Shown: one piece after another, positions 15,470 through 24,756 of the stretch
Layout: every line of letters starts with the position of its first letter
Position numbering within the stretch: the first letter of the stretch is position 1
IMG/VR virus record: IMGVR_UViG_3300037462_000204
Coordinates: 1 to 33,964 of that record
Direction: 5' to 3' (one strand)
DNA from: a virus
Taxonomy: Duplodnaviria > Caudoviricetes
DNA length: 33,964 bases
Made by a program: the position numbers and the translations under genes
The notes under the pieces: generated by a model
The model's input: only the letters and a program-made list of their open reading frames with translations
Databases searched by the model: none
Told to the model about the DNA's origin: nothing

Positions 15470-16265
15470 AGCAATCGCGCCCAGCATGATCGTGGGCGCG
15501 ATGGCCGACATGGCGGCCCGCGTCTACCGCCGCGGCGAGATCGTCGCCGATCCTGACACCGGCTCGATCCGCGTCGCCGACGGTCGGCGCCAGGTCGCCG
15601 ACTTGCCGTCGCCTTCTAGCGGCCCCGGTTCTGCCGGCCCGAAGGGCGACAAGGGCGACACTGGAGACGCAGGCCCCGCTGGCGCGGCGGGGGCGCAAGG
15701 CCCTGCAGGGCAGGCCGGAACACCGGGCCTCGGCTTGCCGCGCATCGGGCTCGTCTCGGGCCGCTTCTACGACGGCGGGCTCTACGCCTCCATGAGCTCC
15801 ATCGCCGGCGCCGCGAACCGGATCGACCTCTACCCCGTGGTCTGGCCGGAGGAGTTGACCATCAGCCAGATCGGCGTCGCGGTCTCAACCGCCGTCGCCT
15901 CCGCTCTAGCCAAAGTGGTGGTCTACAGCTCCGACGCGGCGGGAAAGCCTGCAGCGCTTCTCTACGAGAGCGCCAATCTTGACTGCGCCACGACAGGCTT
16001 CAAGCAGGTGGCGGCCTCGCTCAGTTTCGCCGCGAACACAGTCTACTGGCTGGGCGTAAGGCACAGCAGCACCGCCACGCTGCGCGGCGTCCCTGTGACC
16101 GGACTGCCCTCTCTGGGCATGACCGCGGGCGCGGACGGCAGCTACGGCACGGTCCTGCGCCGCACTGTGACCTTCGCCAACGCCGCGCCCAACCCGTGGG
16201 CGTTCAGCGCGGCCGAGATCGTCTCGAACGTGGTTGCGCCCAGCGTCAGGGTGCGGAAGGCGTGA
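15450..16265 (+). CDS. collagen-repeat virion-like protein between terS and terL (start 15450 or 15487)
   Basis: 12 consecutive G-X-Y triplets at 15627-15734, then a beta-rich C-terminal domain. Stop overlaps the terL GTG. Confidence 0.75.
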   Translation: MARNRPRAIAPSMIVGAMADMAARVYRRGEIVADPDTGSIRVADGRRQVADLPSPSSGPGSAGPKGDKGDTGDAGPAGAAGAQGPAGQAGTPGLGLPRIGLVSGRFYDGGLYASMSSIAGAANRIDLYPVVWPEELTISQIGVAVSTAVASALAKVVVYSSDAAGKPAALLYESANLDCATTGFKQVAASLSFAANTVYWLGVRHSSTATLRGVPVTGLPSLGMTAGADGSYGTVLRRTVTFANAAPNPWAFSAAEIVSNVVAPSVRVRKA

Positions 16266-17065
16266 CCGACCTCGCCGCGCTGCTCGATCTCACCCCGGAG
16301 GAGGTGAGCGAGGCGCTCGATCGCATGACGCCGGAGCAGGCAGTGCGCGCTCTGGCTCTGGCGCGCGTCGTGGACGACTCGGACGCGCAGCGACTGCTTG
16401 ACCATGTGTTCCCGGACGAAACCCACGAGTGGCGCGGCCAGACGTTCTACGCCCGCCACCTCTACCCGAAGCACATGAGCTTCTTTGCGGCCCAGAAGGT
16501 CTACCGCGAAGTCTGCGCCATGGCGGCCAACCGCATCGGCAAGAGCTTCGGCATGGGGGGCTACTCGACCGCCGTCCACCTGACGGGGCTCTACCCGCCA
16601 TGGTGGCCGGGCCGACGGTTTCCGGGGCCGATCCGCGCTTGGGCGTGCGGCAAGACGAACGAGACCGCGCGCGACATCGTGCAGGCCATCCTTCTTGGCG
16701 AGGTGACCGGCGGCGGCGCGACCAAGGGCGTCTCTGGCCGCGGCCTGATCCCGGGCCGGCTGCTCGGCAAGCCGACATGGCGCAGCGGCGTCGCCGACCT
16801 GGTGGACACGATCCGCGTGCGCCACGTCTCCGGGCGCTTCTCGATGCTGGGGATCAAGAGCTACGCGCAGGGCCGCGGCGCGTTCGAGGGGACCGCGCAA
16901 CACCTGATCTGGCCCGACGAGGAGCCGCCGGCCGACATCTACGGCGAGTGCCTGATCCGCACCGCGACCACGAACGGGCTGATCCTGTCGACGTTCACGC
17001 CGCTTGAGGGCCTGAGCGACGTGGCGCTCATGTTCATGCCGGGAGCGCAGCAGGATGGAGGCTGA
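16262..17065 (+). CDS. terL: terminase large subunit, N-terminal ATPase part (P22 gp2-like)
   Basis: YPKHMSFF, Walker A MAANRIGKS, KSYAQGR..FEG, Walker B IWPDEEPP and motif III TFTPLEG. Confidence 0.9.
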   Translation: MTDLAALLDLTPEEVSEALDRMTPEQAVRALALARVVDDSDAQRLLDHVFPDETHEWRGQTFYARHLYPKHMSFFAAQKVYREVCAMAANRIGKSFGMGGYSTAVHLTGLYPPWWPGRRFPGPIRAWACGKTNETARDIVQAILLGEVTGGGATKGVSGRGLIPGRLLGKPTWRSGVADLVDTIRVRHVSGRFSMLGIKSYAQGRGAFEGTAQHLIWPDEEPPADIYGECLIRTATTNGLILSTFTPLEGLSDVALMFMPGAQQDGG

Positions 17066-17855
17066 CAACCCGGCGGAGGGGCCCGGCGTCACCGAGATCA
17101 ACCCCTCGCGGGCCGTCATCTCGGTCGGCTGGGATGACGTCCCGCACCTGACCGAGGAGGCCAAGGCCGAACTGCTGCGCGGCACGCCGCCCTACCTGCG
17201 CGACGCGCGGTCCAAGGGCATCCCGTCGATGGGCGCCGGCGCGATCTACCCGATCCCCTGGGAGGAGGTGGTTGTCGCGCCGTTCCCGATCCCGGCTTGG
17301 TGGCCGCGCTGGTACGCGCTGGACGTCGGCTGGCGCTGGACCGCGGCGCAGTGGTTCGCGCTTGATCGCGAGACCCTGACAACCTACGTCTACTCGGAGC
17401 ACAAGCGTTCCGAGGCCATGCCCATCGTCCATGCTGAGGCCATCAAGGCCCGGGGCAAGTGGATGCAGGGCGTCATCGACCCCGCGGCGCGCAACCGCAC
17501 CCCGCAGGACGGCTCCAAGCTGTTCGCGACGTACACCGGCCACGGGCTGCACCTGACGCCCGCCGTCAACGCGGTGGAGGCCGGGCTCCTCGAAGTCTGG
17601 ATGGCGCTGGAGTCCGGGCGGCTCAAGTTCTTCAACACGCTGGTCAAGACCGAAGCGGAGTACCGCATCTACCGGCGCGCGTCCCGCAAGGACGAGAACG
17701 GCGTCGAGCGGGTGACCATCGTGAAAGAGAACGATCACCTGATGGACTGCACGCGGTACGGCGTGATGGCGCCGGAAGGCGTCAAGACTGTCATCGCCAT
17801 GGCCACCGGATCGCAGGCGCCCCACGCCGCGGCCGACCGCCGGGCCGGATACTGA
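17055..17855 (+). CDS. terL: terminase large subunit, C-terminal lid plus nuclease part
   Basis: WDDVPHL...RDARSKGIPSMGAGAIYP, then ALDVGW, IDPA and NDHLMDCTRY. Lies in the +1 frame relative to the N-terminal part. Confidence 0.88.
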   Translation: MEADNPAEGPGVTEINPSRAVISVGWDDVPHLTEEAKAELLRGTPPYLRDARSKGIPSMGAGAIYPIPWEEVVVAPFPIPAWWPRWYALDVGWRWTAAQWFALDRETLTTYVYSEHKRSEAMPIVHAEAIKARGKWMQGVIDPAARNRTPQDGSKLFATYTGHGLHLTPAVNAVEAGLLEVWMALESGRLKFFNTLVKTEAEYRIYRRASRKDENGVERVTIVKENDHLMDCTRYGVMAPEGVKTVIAMATGSQAPHAAADRRAGY

Positions 17856-17861
17856 GGCGCC

Positions 17862-20093
17862 ATGCAGCCTGTCGAGACCGAAGCAGCGCCAGACGATGAG
17901 GCCGCGGCGAGGAAGCTGCGCGTCGCGCTGACCGAGATCACCGGCAAGCTGCAGGGCGAGGCGGAGCGCCGCGCCGCCGCTCGCAGGACGATCGAAGACC
18001 GCTGGATTGACGATCTCCGGCGCATCCATGGCGTTCCCGACGAGGAGACGGCGGGCGAGCTCGCCAAGGACAAGAACCGCAACAAGTCCAAGCTCAACAT
18101 CAACATCGTGCGCCCGAAGTGCCGCGAGATGCACGCGCGGCTCGGCGACATGCTGTTCGCGTCGGACGAGTCTTGCTGGGGGCTGGAGCCCTCGCCCAAC
18201 CCGACGCTCACCATCGAGGCCGAGCAGGCCGCGCAGAAGGCCCGAGACGCACGCAAGCAGGCGTCCGAGGCCATCGCCACGGAGAAAGCCGGAGGGGCGG
18301 AGCAACCCTCCATGCCGACCACGGCGCTCATCCGCCGCGCCAACGAACTGGCCTACGACGCGCAGCTCGTGCAGGCGCAGATCGAGGAGGCCCGCAGCCG
18401 CGCCCGCGCCATGGAGCAGGAGATCGCCGACCAGCTCGCCGAAGCGCGGTTCGAGGCGGAGGCGCGCCGCGTCATCCAGGACGGCATCGACATCGGCTGC
18501 GGCGTCCTCAAGGCCCCGGCGCTGGGCGTGGTCGACGCGCGCCGCTGGCGCCCGAGCCCGGACGGCGGGATGCGGCTCGTGGACGAGGGCGTTCCGAAGC
18601 CGGCCGCAGTCTGGACCGACCCGTGGGGCTTCTACCCCGATCCGACCGTGCGCCGGATCGAGGACAGCGAAGGCGTGTTCACGCGCGAGATGTTCACCGC
18701 CTCCAAGCTGCGCCGCATCGGGCGCGCGGAGGGCTGGGACAAGGACGCGCTGCGCGAAATCCTGCGCGAGGGGCCGAAGGACGTCGCGCCAACCTACCTG
18801 TCGCAACTGCGCGCGATCCGCGAGGAGACCAGCCAAGACCCGGCGCTGTTCCATGTGTGGTGCTACAGCGGCCCGCTGACGGCCGAGGACGCCAAGACGC
18901 TGGCCTACGCGCTGGGCGAGGATGGCATGGTCGCCGACATCGGCGAGCCCGACCCGCTGGACGAGGTGAACGTCGTCATCTGGTGGTGCCAGAACCGCCC
19001 GCTCAAGATCGCCGACTATCCGCTCGACAGCGGCCAGCCGCTCTACCGCGTCTACAGCCTGCAGAAAGACCCGGCGTCGCTGTTCGGCTACGGGCTGTCG
19101 TGGATTCTGCGCGACGAGCAATCCGCCATGGGCGCGGCGTGGCGCATGCTGATGGACAACGCCGCGGTCTCCGCCCCCGGGCCGATGGTGGTGATCGACA
19201 AGGGCGGGGTCCAGCCTGCCGATGGCGTCTGGGAGGTTCGCGGCGGCAAGGTCTGGGAGCGCACCAAGGACAGCTACGGCGCCACCAACCCGCCCTTCGC
19301 GGCGTTCCCGATCCCGACCAACCAGCAAGAACTGGCCGCGATCATCCAGATGATCTCGGAGCACGTCGACCGGGTGACGTCCATGCCGCGCGAACTGTCG
19401 GGCGAGCCCGGCAAGCTGCCGCGCCAGACCGCCACCGGCGCCGCGCTGCTGATGTCGAGCGGCAACGTGATCTACCGCGACGCCGTGAAGACCTGGGACG
19501 ACGACTGCATGGTTCCGGTCATCCAGGCCATGCGCGACTGGAACATGCAGCACTCCAAGAAGGGCCACATCAAGGGCGACATGGATGCGGTCGCCAAGGG
19601 CTCCTCGGTGCTGCTGACGCGCGAAGTGCAGAGCCAGACCCTCATGGCCATGGCCCTCAACCTCGCGCCGCACCCGATCTTCGGGAGCATGCACCGCGAC
19701 GGCGGCGCCCCGCTGCTGCGCGAAATCTACCGGGTGAACGGGCTGCGGCCCGATCAGTACCTCCTCACCGACGACGAGCTCGCCGAGCAGGCCGAGAACG
19801 CGCCGGTCGATCCGGCCGTGGAGGCCGCCACCGACGAGATCGAGGTGAAGCGCGAGCGCATCGAGGCGGATGTCGCTATCGCGCAGATGGAGAGCCAGGC
19901 GCGGGTAGAGACCGCGAAGCTAGCGCACGAGTCCCAGATGATGGGGCTGGCCGAGAAGCTGAACATGACGATGGAGCAGCTTCGCGCCCAGCTTCAGATG
20001 GACCGCGAGGACCGCGACTCGAAGGAGCGCATCGTCGCCGTGGAACTCGCCGAGAAGCGCCGCAGCGGCGACAGCGCGGGCGGCTATGTCTGA
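17862..20093 (+). CDS. portal protein
   Basis: 743 aa directly after terL. DPWGFYPDP, LFGYGL..ILRDEQ, DNAAVS..P, TATGAALLM and a C-terminal helical barrel-like region. Confidence 0.88.
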   Translation: MQPVETEAAPDDEAAARKLRVALTEITGKLQGEAERRAAARRTIEDRWIDDLRRIHGVPDEETAGELAKDKNRNKSKLNINIVRPKCREMHARLGDMLFASDESCWGLEPSPNPTLTIEAEQAAQKARDARKQASEAIATEKAGGAEQPSMPTTALIRRANELAYDAQLVQAQIEEARSRARAMEQEIADQLAEARFEAEARRVIQDGIDIGCGVLKAPALGVVDARRWRPSPDGGMRLVDEGVPKPAAVWTDPWGFYPDPTVRRIEDSEGVFTREMFTASKLRRIGRAEGWDKDALREILREGPKDVAPTYLSQLRAIREETSQDPALFHVWCYSGPLTAEDAKTLAYALGEDGMVADIGEPDPLDEVNVVIWWCQNRPLKIADYPLDSGQPLYRVYSLQKDPASLFGYGLSWILRDEQSAMGAAWRMLMDNAAVSAPGPMVVIDKGGVQPADGVWEVRGGKVWERTKDSYGATNPPFAAFPIPTNQQELAAIIQMISEHVDRVTSMPRELSGEPGKLPRQTATGAALLMSSGNVIYRDAVKTWDDDCMVPVIQAMRDWNMQHSKKGHIKGDMDAVAKGSSVLLTREVQSQTLMAMALNLAPHPIFGSMHRDGGAPLLREIYRVNGLRPDQYLLTDDELAEQAENAPVDPAVEAATDEIEVKRERIEADVAIAQMESQARVETAKLAHESQMMGLAEKLNMTMEQLRAQLQMDREDRDSKERIVAVELAEKRRSGDSAGGYV

Positions 20094-20289
20094 CGCGCCC
20101 AAGATCGACCCGCACAGCCCGACCTGGCGCGCCGTCGCCCGGTTCGTGAGCGACGAAATCGCCGCCCACATGGAAGCCCTGACGCGCCCCGGCATCCCGG
20201 AGCGCGAGGCCGACATGCACCGCGGCGCCATCGCCTCCCTGCGCGACGTGAGGGAAATCCCGCTGCGCAGCATCGGAGCAGCGAAGTAG
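20086..20289 (+). CDS. small conserved post-portal protein
   Basis: Overlaps the portal stop. RGAIASLR motif. Confidence 0.7.
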   Translation: MSDAPKIDPHSPTWRAVARFVSDEIAAHMEALTRPGIPEREADMHRGAIASLRDVREIPLRSIGAAK

Positions 20290-20366
20290 GCCGCCCACGG
20301 GCCGCCTGCCTTCGCCGAACCCCTCGAAGGGCCGCCCATGGTGGGCCGCCCGAGGAGCAAGACCGC

Positions 20367-21227
20367 ATGAGCACGGAGAGCGACCAGACCCCGGAGAAAT
20401 CCGAGGCCGAACAGGCGTTCGACGCCTACGCCGAAATGGTCATGGCGCCCGCGGGCGACCAGCCGCCGCCGGAGCCCCCTCCGGCCGCCGCTGATGCACC
20501 GCAGGCCCCGGACAGCCAGCCGGCGCAGCCCGACGCCCAGCAGCCCGACCTTGCCGCACAGCTCGCGGCGGAGCGGGCCGAGAAGGAGCGACTGCAGCAC
20601 CAGCTTGCGTCCGACCGCGGGCGCCTCCTCGCGCTCCAGCGCGAGAAGGATGAACAGCGGAAGGCGGCCGAAGCGGCCCCCGCGGAGCAGGATGACGACG
20701 AGGACGAGCTTGCTCGCCTCGCCGAGGAGTACCCCGAGATCGCCGCGCCCTTGCAGCGCACGATCCAGAAGATCGAACAGCGGCTTGGTCGCGTCCTGAC
20801 TTCCCAGGAGCGAGCCGAAACCGCCGAGGCGGAGCGCCTCGACCTGCAGAACACGGCCGAAGTGGAACGGTCCGAGCCCGGCGGCATCGCCTTCATCCGT
20901 CAGAACGCCGAAGCGTTCGCGGCGTGGGTGAAAAGCCCGGACATCACCGTGGGGCTGCGCGAGAAGGCGGAGCGCAATGCGAGCCGTCTCGTGGACCCGG
21001 CCGAGGCCAAGGACGTCATCGCCGCCTTCAAGCGGCACATGGGCGCGACATCCGCCCCGACCCCAACCCCGACGACCGACCGCCGCCAGCGACAGCTTGC
21101 CGGCGCATCGACCCCCCGCGGCGGCGCACCCGCGCGCGTCGCGGCCGATGTGGAGCCCACCGACCCCGAAAAGGCCTTCGCCTACTACGCGAAGATCGCC
21201 GAGCGGGAGATGGGGCTATCCGGCTGA
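20367..21227 (+). CDS. capsid scaffolding protein
   Basis: GAGGAG RBS. Acidic and coiled-coil, directly upstream of the capsid gene. Confidence 0.75.
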   Translation: MSTESDQTPEKSEAEQAFDAYAEMVMAPAGDQPPPEPPPAAADAPQAPDSQPAQPDAQQPDLAAQLAAERAEKERLQHQLASDRGRLLALQREKDEQRKAAEAAPAEQDDDEDELARLAEEYPEIAAPLQRTIQKIEQRLGRVLTSQERAETAEAERLDLQNTAEVERSEPGGIAFIRQNAEAFAAWVKSPDITVGLREKAERNASRLVDPAEAKDVIAAFKRHMGATSAPTPTPTTDRRQRQLAGASTPRGGAPARVAADVEPTDPEKAFAYYAKIAEREMGLSG

Positions 21228-21265
21228 TCTGACGGCCAAGGCGTCACAGCGCACAGGACAGCGCC

Positions 21266-22270
21266 ATGACTGCAAACCTCGCCTACGGCGATGTGGGCAT
21301 CTTCCCCCGCATCAACATCTACGCCGAACCCAAGATGCTGATGGTGGCCGATCCCATCATCGTGCTCGGCAAGCTTGGCATGACGAAGGTCATGCCGCGC
21401 AACAAGAGCCAGACCATCGAGTGGCGGCGCGCCAAGCCCTTCGCGGCCGTCACCACGCCGATCGCGGAAGGCGTCACTCCGAACACGACCAAGTTCGCGT
21501 TCGAGAACGTCCGCGGCACGCTGCGCCAGTACGGCATGGTCACCAACTGGACGGACATCATAGAGGACACCCACGAGGATCCGGTCGTTCAGGAGATGGT
21601 CGGCCAGATGGGTGACAACTTCGGCCGCACGATCGAGGCCCTGAACTGGGCGAAGCTGCGCGCCGGGACGAACGTCTACTACGCCAACGGCTCGGCGCGC
21701 GCCGCGGTGAACACCACGCTGACGCTGAACATGCAGCGCCGCGTGGTCGCCGGCCTGAAGCGCCAGAAGGCGAAGAAGAAGACGAGCATGCTCGCGCCGT
21801 CGGTCAACTATCAGACCCGCGCCGTGGAGGCCGCCTACGTGGCCGTCGCGCACACGGACCTGGAGCCGTCGATCCGCGATCTGCCGTCCTTCGTCCCGAC
21901 GTCCGAGTACGGCTCGCGCTCGACCATCTCGCCGTTCGAGATCGGATCGGTGGAGGAGGTGCGGTACATCACCTCGCCCGATCTCGACCCGTTCCTCGAC
22001 GCGGGCGGCACGCCCACCGGCGTCCGGTCCAACGGCGGATCGGCGGCCGACGTCTACCCGATCCTCTACTTCGGGGAGGAGGCGTTCGGCACGGTCGCGC
22101 TGCGCGGCTACGACAGCGTGAAGCCCACGCTCATCCCGGCCGGGACCAAGACCAAGGACGACCCGCTCGGCCAGAAGGGCGTCGCCGGCTGGAAGACCTG
22201 GCACGAGTGCGTGATCCTCAACCAGTCGTGGATGGCGCGCCTCGAAGTGGCGGCCCCGTCGCTGCTCTGA
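21266..22270 (+). CDS. major capsid protein, N4-gp56 family
   Basis: MPRNKSQTIEWRR, EGVTP, L.QYG....TD, EIGSVEEVRYI and DPLGQKGVAGWK. Confidence 0.93.
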   Translation: MTANLAYGDVGIFPRINIYAEPKMLMVADPIIVLGKLGMTKVMPRNKSQTIEWRRAKPFAAVTTPIAEGVTPNTTKFAFENVRGTLRQYGMVTNWTDIIEDTHEDPVVQEMVGQMGDNFGRTIEALNWAKLRAGTNVYYANGSARAAVNTTLTLNMQRRVVAGLKRQKAKKKTSMLAPSVNYQTRAVEAAYVAVAHTDLEPSIRDLPSFVPTSEYGSRSTISPFEIGSVEEVRYITSPDLDPFLDAGGTPTGVRSNGGSAADVYPILYFGEEAFGTVALRGYDSVKPTLIPAGTKTKDDPLGQKGVAGWKTWHECVILNQSWMARLEVAAPSLL

Positions 22271-22278
22271 GCCTGACC

Positions 22279-22301
22279 CGGGGGCGCTGACCGCGCCCCC
22301 G
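22279..22301 (+). other. intergenic stem-loop after the capsid gene
   Basis: CGGGGGCGC-TGACC-GCGCCCCCG with no U-tract. Confidence 0.65.
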
Positions 22302-22336
22302 AACCTCCCCCCCTCCCTCACTCGAAAGGACTTGCC

Positions 22337-22906
22337 ATGAGCGTAACGCTCGTGACGGGCGAGGTCGTCGGCGCGGGCGCCGCGATCAACGTCGAACTTG
22401 GGTTCATCCCGATGGCCGTGACCGTCATCAACGTGACGGACGGCACCCCCATGGTGGACTGGTTCCGCTTCCAGACGATCCGTTTCGATAGCGGCTCGGA
22501 CCAGATTTTCGCGGGCATGCGGATCGGCGGGCAGACGTCGGGCGCCCGCGCGACGGTCGAAGACGTCGAACTGCTCTCCGGCAAATGGGAGGACGGCAAC
22601 GCCGCCGGCATCCTCTACGTCGAAGACGTCTCGGTGACGGGGACGTGGCAGGACGACGAGACCATCAACATCCTGCCCGACACGCCCCGCGCGATCGCTG
22701 CGGTGACCAACGCCGCGACCGTGGACGGCGTGATCGCCAACAACTGCGTCACGACCGCCGCCGCCGTAGCGACCGCGACTGCCGCGACCGGCGTGCGCGC
22801 CTATCTCGGGACCGCGGCGGGGGCCCGGCCCGGCTTCACGATCGGGGCGACGCTCGCCGCCTCGGGCAAGAAGCTGCGCTACCTCGCCCAGCGCCAGGAT
22901 CACTGA
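22337..22906 (+). CDS. virion structural protein (putative decoration/cement)
   Basis: AAAGGA RBS. Follows the capsid gene. LGFIP..V.V.N motif, beta-rich. Confidence 0.7.
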   Translation: MSVTLVTGEVVGAGAAINVELGFIPMAVTVINVTDGTPMVDWFRFQTIRFDSGSDQIFAGMRIGGQTSGARATVEDVELLSGKWEDGNAAGILYVEDVSVTGTWQDDETINILPDTPRAIAAVTNAATVDGVIANNCVTTAAAVATATAATGVRAYLGTAAGARPGFTIGATLAASGKKLRYLAQRQDH

Positions 22907-22909
22907 TCC

Positions 22910-23515
22910 ATGGCCCTGTCGCTCACGACCGCGCGCCAGATGATCCCCAGCATTGCGCGGGGCTCGTGGCGCGACCTGTCGTCGTTCCTGCAGGCGATTC
23001 TGGACGGCGACTTCACCTCCCTGATCCCGGGCGTCACCGCCTCGGCCGCCGAGCTGAACGTGCTCGACGGCGTGACGGCCGGCACGGCCGCCGCGTCGAA
23101 GGGCCTCGTGCTCGGCGCGTCGAAGGAGGCCGCGGACATCGGCCCCCTCACCGGGACCGGGTTCCAGACCACGGCCACGGCGGTCACCGCGACGGCTGAC
23201 GGTCTCACGACCGGCATCGTCCCGGCGGGCGCCGGGTTCGTCGTGGTCACCTCGGGCAACGCCGATCACATCGTCACCCTGCCGGCCCCGGTCCCAGGGA
23301 CGGTCGTGCGGCTGATGAACGGCGCGACCGGCTACGAGCTGCGCTCCAGCGCCCCGGCCACCGTCGCCATCAACGGCGGCGCCGGTGCGAACGCGGAATC
23401 GGCCATTGCCGCGACCACGCTCGTCACCTGCGTCTGCACCTCGGCGACGACGTGGATCGCCATGAGCCAGGTGGCGGCCGGCACCGTCTCCGCCACCCAG
23501 GTCGCCGCGGCCTGA
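22910..23515 (+). CDS. virion structural protein (head-fibre-like)
   Basis: TASAAELNVLDGVT fibre motif and a VTLPAP..G..V beta-rich C-domain. Confidence 0.7.
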   Translation: MALSLTTARQMIPSIARGSWRDLSSFLQAILDGDFTSLIPGVTASAAELNVLDGVTAGTAAASKGLVLGASKEAADIGPLTGTGFQTTATAVTATADGLTTGIVPAGAGFVVVTSGNADHIVTLPAPVPGTVVRLMNGATGYELRSSAPATVAINGGAGANAESAIAATTLVTCVCTSATTWIAMSQVAAGTVSATQVAAA

Positions 23516-23525
23516 CGCTGACAGC

Positions 23526-23550
23526 CTCCGGGCCGGTCAGCGGCCCGGAG
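23526..23550 (+). other. intergenic stem-loop
   Basis: CTCCGGGCCG-GTCAG-CGGCCCGGAG, a perfect 10-bp stem. Confidence 0.65.
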
Positions 23551-23569
23551 CACTCCACCGGAGAGACCC

Positions 23570-24067
23570 ATGGCGACCGAACCCTCCCTCCGCCGCGTCC
23601 CCATTGACGAGGCGACGCTGCCCCAGCTCATCGACTTCGCCAGCGTCATGCTGGGGCTCGAAATCCCGGCCAAGCCCTCGAAGGCGTCCATGCAGGCGCT
23701 CATCGAGACGGCGGCGCCGGGCGCGCGCGAGATCGTCACGGTCGCCAAGCTGGCCGCCCCGATCGCGACGCTGAAGACCGGGATCGAGGCCTACGCCGAT
23801 CTCCCGGACGACCAGCGCGTCAAGATCGTGATCCCGATGGAGCCCGGCCCCATGGGCGAGCAGGAGGTTTTCATCGCCAACAATGGCGACGAGATCGTGA
23901 TCCTGCGCGGCAAGGAAGTCGCCATCCGGGTGAAGCACCTCCGCGTCCTGATGGACGCGCGCAAGACCGTCTGGGACCAGGCTGAGGACGGCTCGTTGAT
24001 CGAGGACACCAAGAGGGAGGTTCCGGCCTTCAACATCCAGATCCTCGGACTGTCCGAGGCCGCCTGA
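23570..24067 (+). CDS. conserved head-region hypothetical protein
   Basis: GGAGA RBS. VFIANNG...I.RGKEV.I....L.VL.DA motif. Confidence 0.75.
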   Translation: MATEPSLRRVPIDEATLPQLIDFASVMLGLEIPAKPSKASMQALIETAAPGAREIVTVAKLAAPIATLKTGIEAYADLPDDQRVKIVIPMEPGPMGEQEVFIANNGDEIVILRGKEVAIRVKHLRVLMDARKTVWDQAEDGSLIEDTKREVPAFNIQILGLSEAA

Positions 24068-24068
24068 C

Positions 24069-24755
24069 ATGACGTTCCTTGAGCTGGCCCGGAAGGCGGC
24101 GCAGGAGAGCGGGACGGTCGGCGCTTCGGCGCAGCCCGTCACGGTCGCCGGCCAGACCGGGCGGCTCGGGCGCATCGTCGGCTGGACCGCGGACTCGTGG
24201 ACCGAAATCCAGCGGTCCCGCCGCGGCTGGCGATGGATGCGGCGGGAGTGGACGGGCCCCACCTTCAACGGCGTCGCGGCCTATGCGGGCGACCAGATCG
24301 GCGCGCCGCGCTGGTCGGAGTGGTCGCGCCATGACGTGGTGTACCTGCGCGCCGCGGGCGAGACGACCGAGGACCGGCTGACGTGGCAGATGTGGGACTT
24401 CATGCGCGAAGCCCGGCGCGTCGGCTCCGGTCTTGAGGAGGCTGGGCGGCCTATCGAGTGGAGCGTCGACACCCAGGGCCGCATCGTCTTCTGGCCGACG
24501 CCTGACGCGGCCTACACGGTCCGCGGCGTCTACCGGCGCGCGCCGCAGCGCCTTGTCGCCGATGGAGACGTGCCGGAGATGCCGGAGGAGTTCCACGACC
24601 TGATCTGGCTCGGGGCGCTCGGCAAGCTGACGCTGTTCGATGAGGCCGCCGCCATCGCCCCGGCCTACGCCAACATGTACCGCGGGCTCATGCTGGACCT
24701 GTGCAACGCGCAGCTTGATCCCGTCGAGCGCGCCTCCTCCGGCCCGCTGGCCTGA
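24069..24755 (+). CDS. head-tail adaptor (tail tubular A / P22 gp4-like)
   Basis: MTFLELA start, W.W motif, FWPTPDAAY and DVPEMPEEFHDLI. Confidence 0.8.
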   Translation: MTFLELARKAAQESGTVGASAQPVTVAGQTGRLGRIVGWTADSWTEIQRSRRGWRWMRREWTGPTFNGVAAYAGDQIGAPRWSEWSRHDVVYLRAAGETTEDRLTWQMWDFMREARRVGSGLEEAGRPIEWSVDTQGRIVFWPTPDAAYTVRGVYRRAPQRLVADGDVPEMPEEFHDLIWLGALGKLTLFDEAAAIAPAYANMYRGLMLDLCNAQLDPVERASSGPLA

Positions 24756-24756
24756 C

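Noticed and set aside
17034-19694. 886-aa minus-strand ORF (likewise 10528-12246, 21185-23269, 28643-30838)
   Set aside because: These are antisense shadows of clearly identified genes, expected from high GC3 codon bias. They show no motifs and no RBS.
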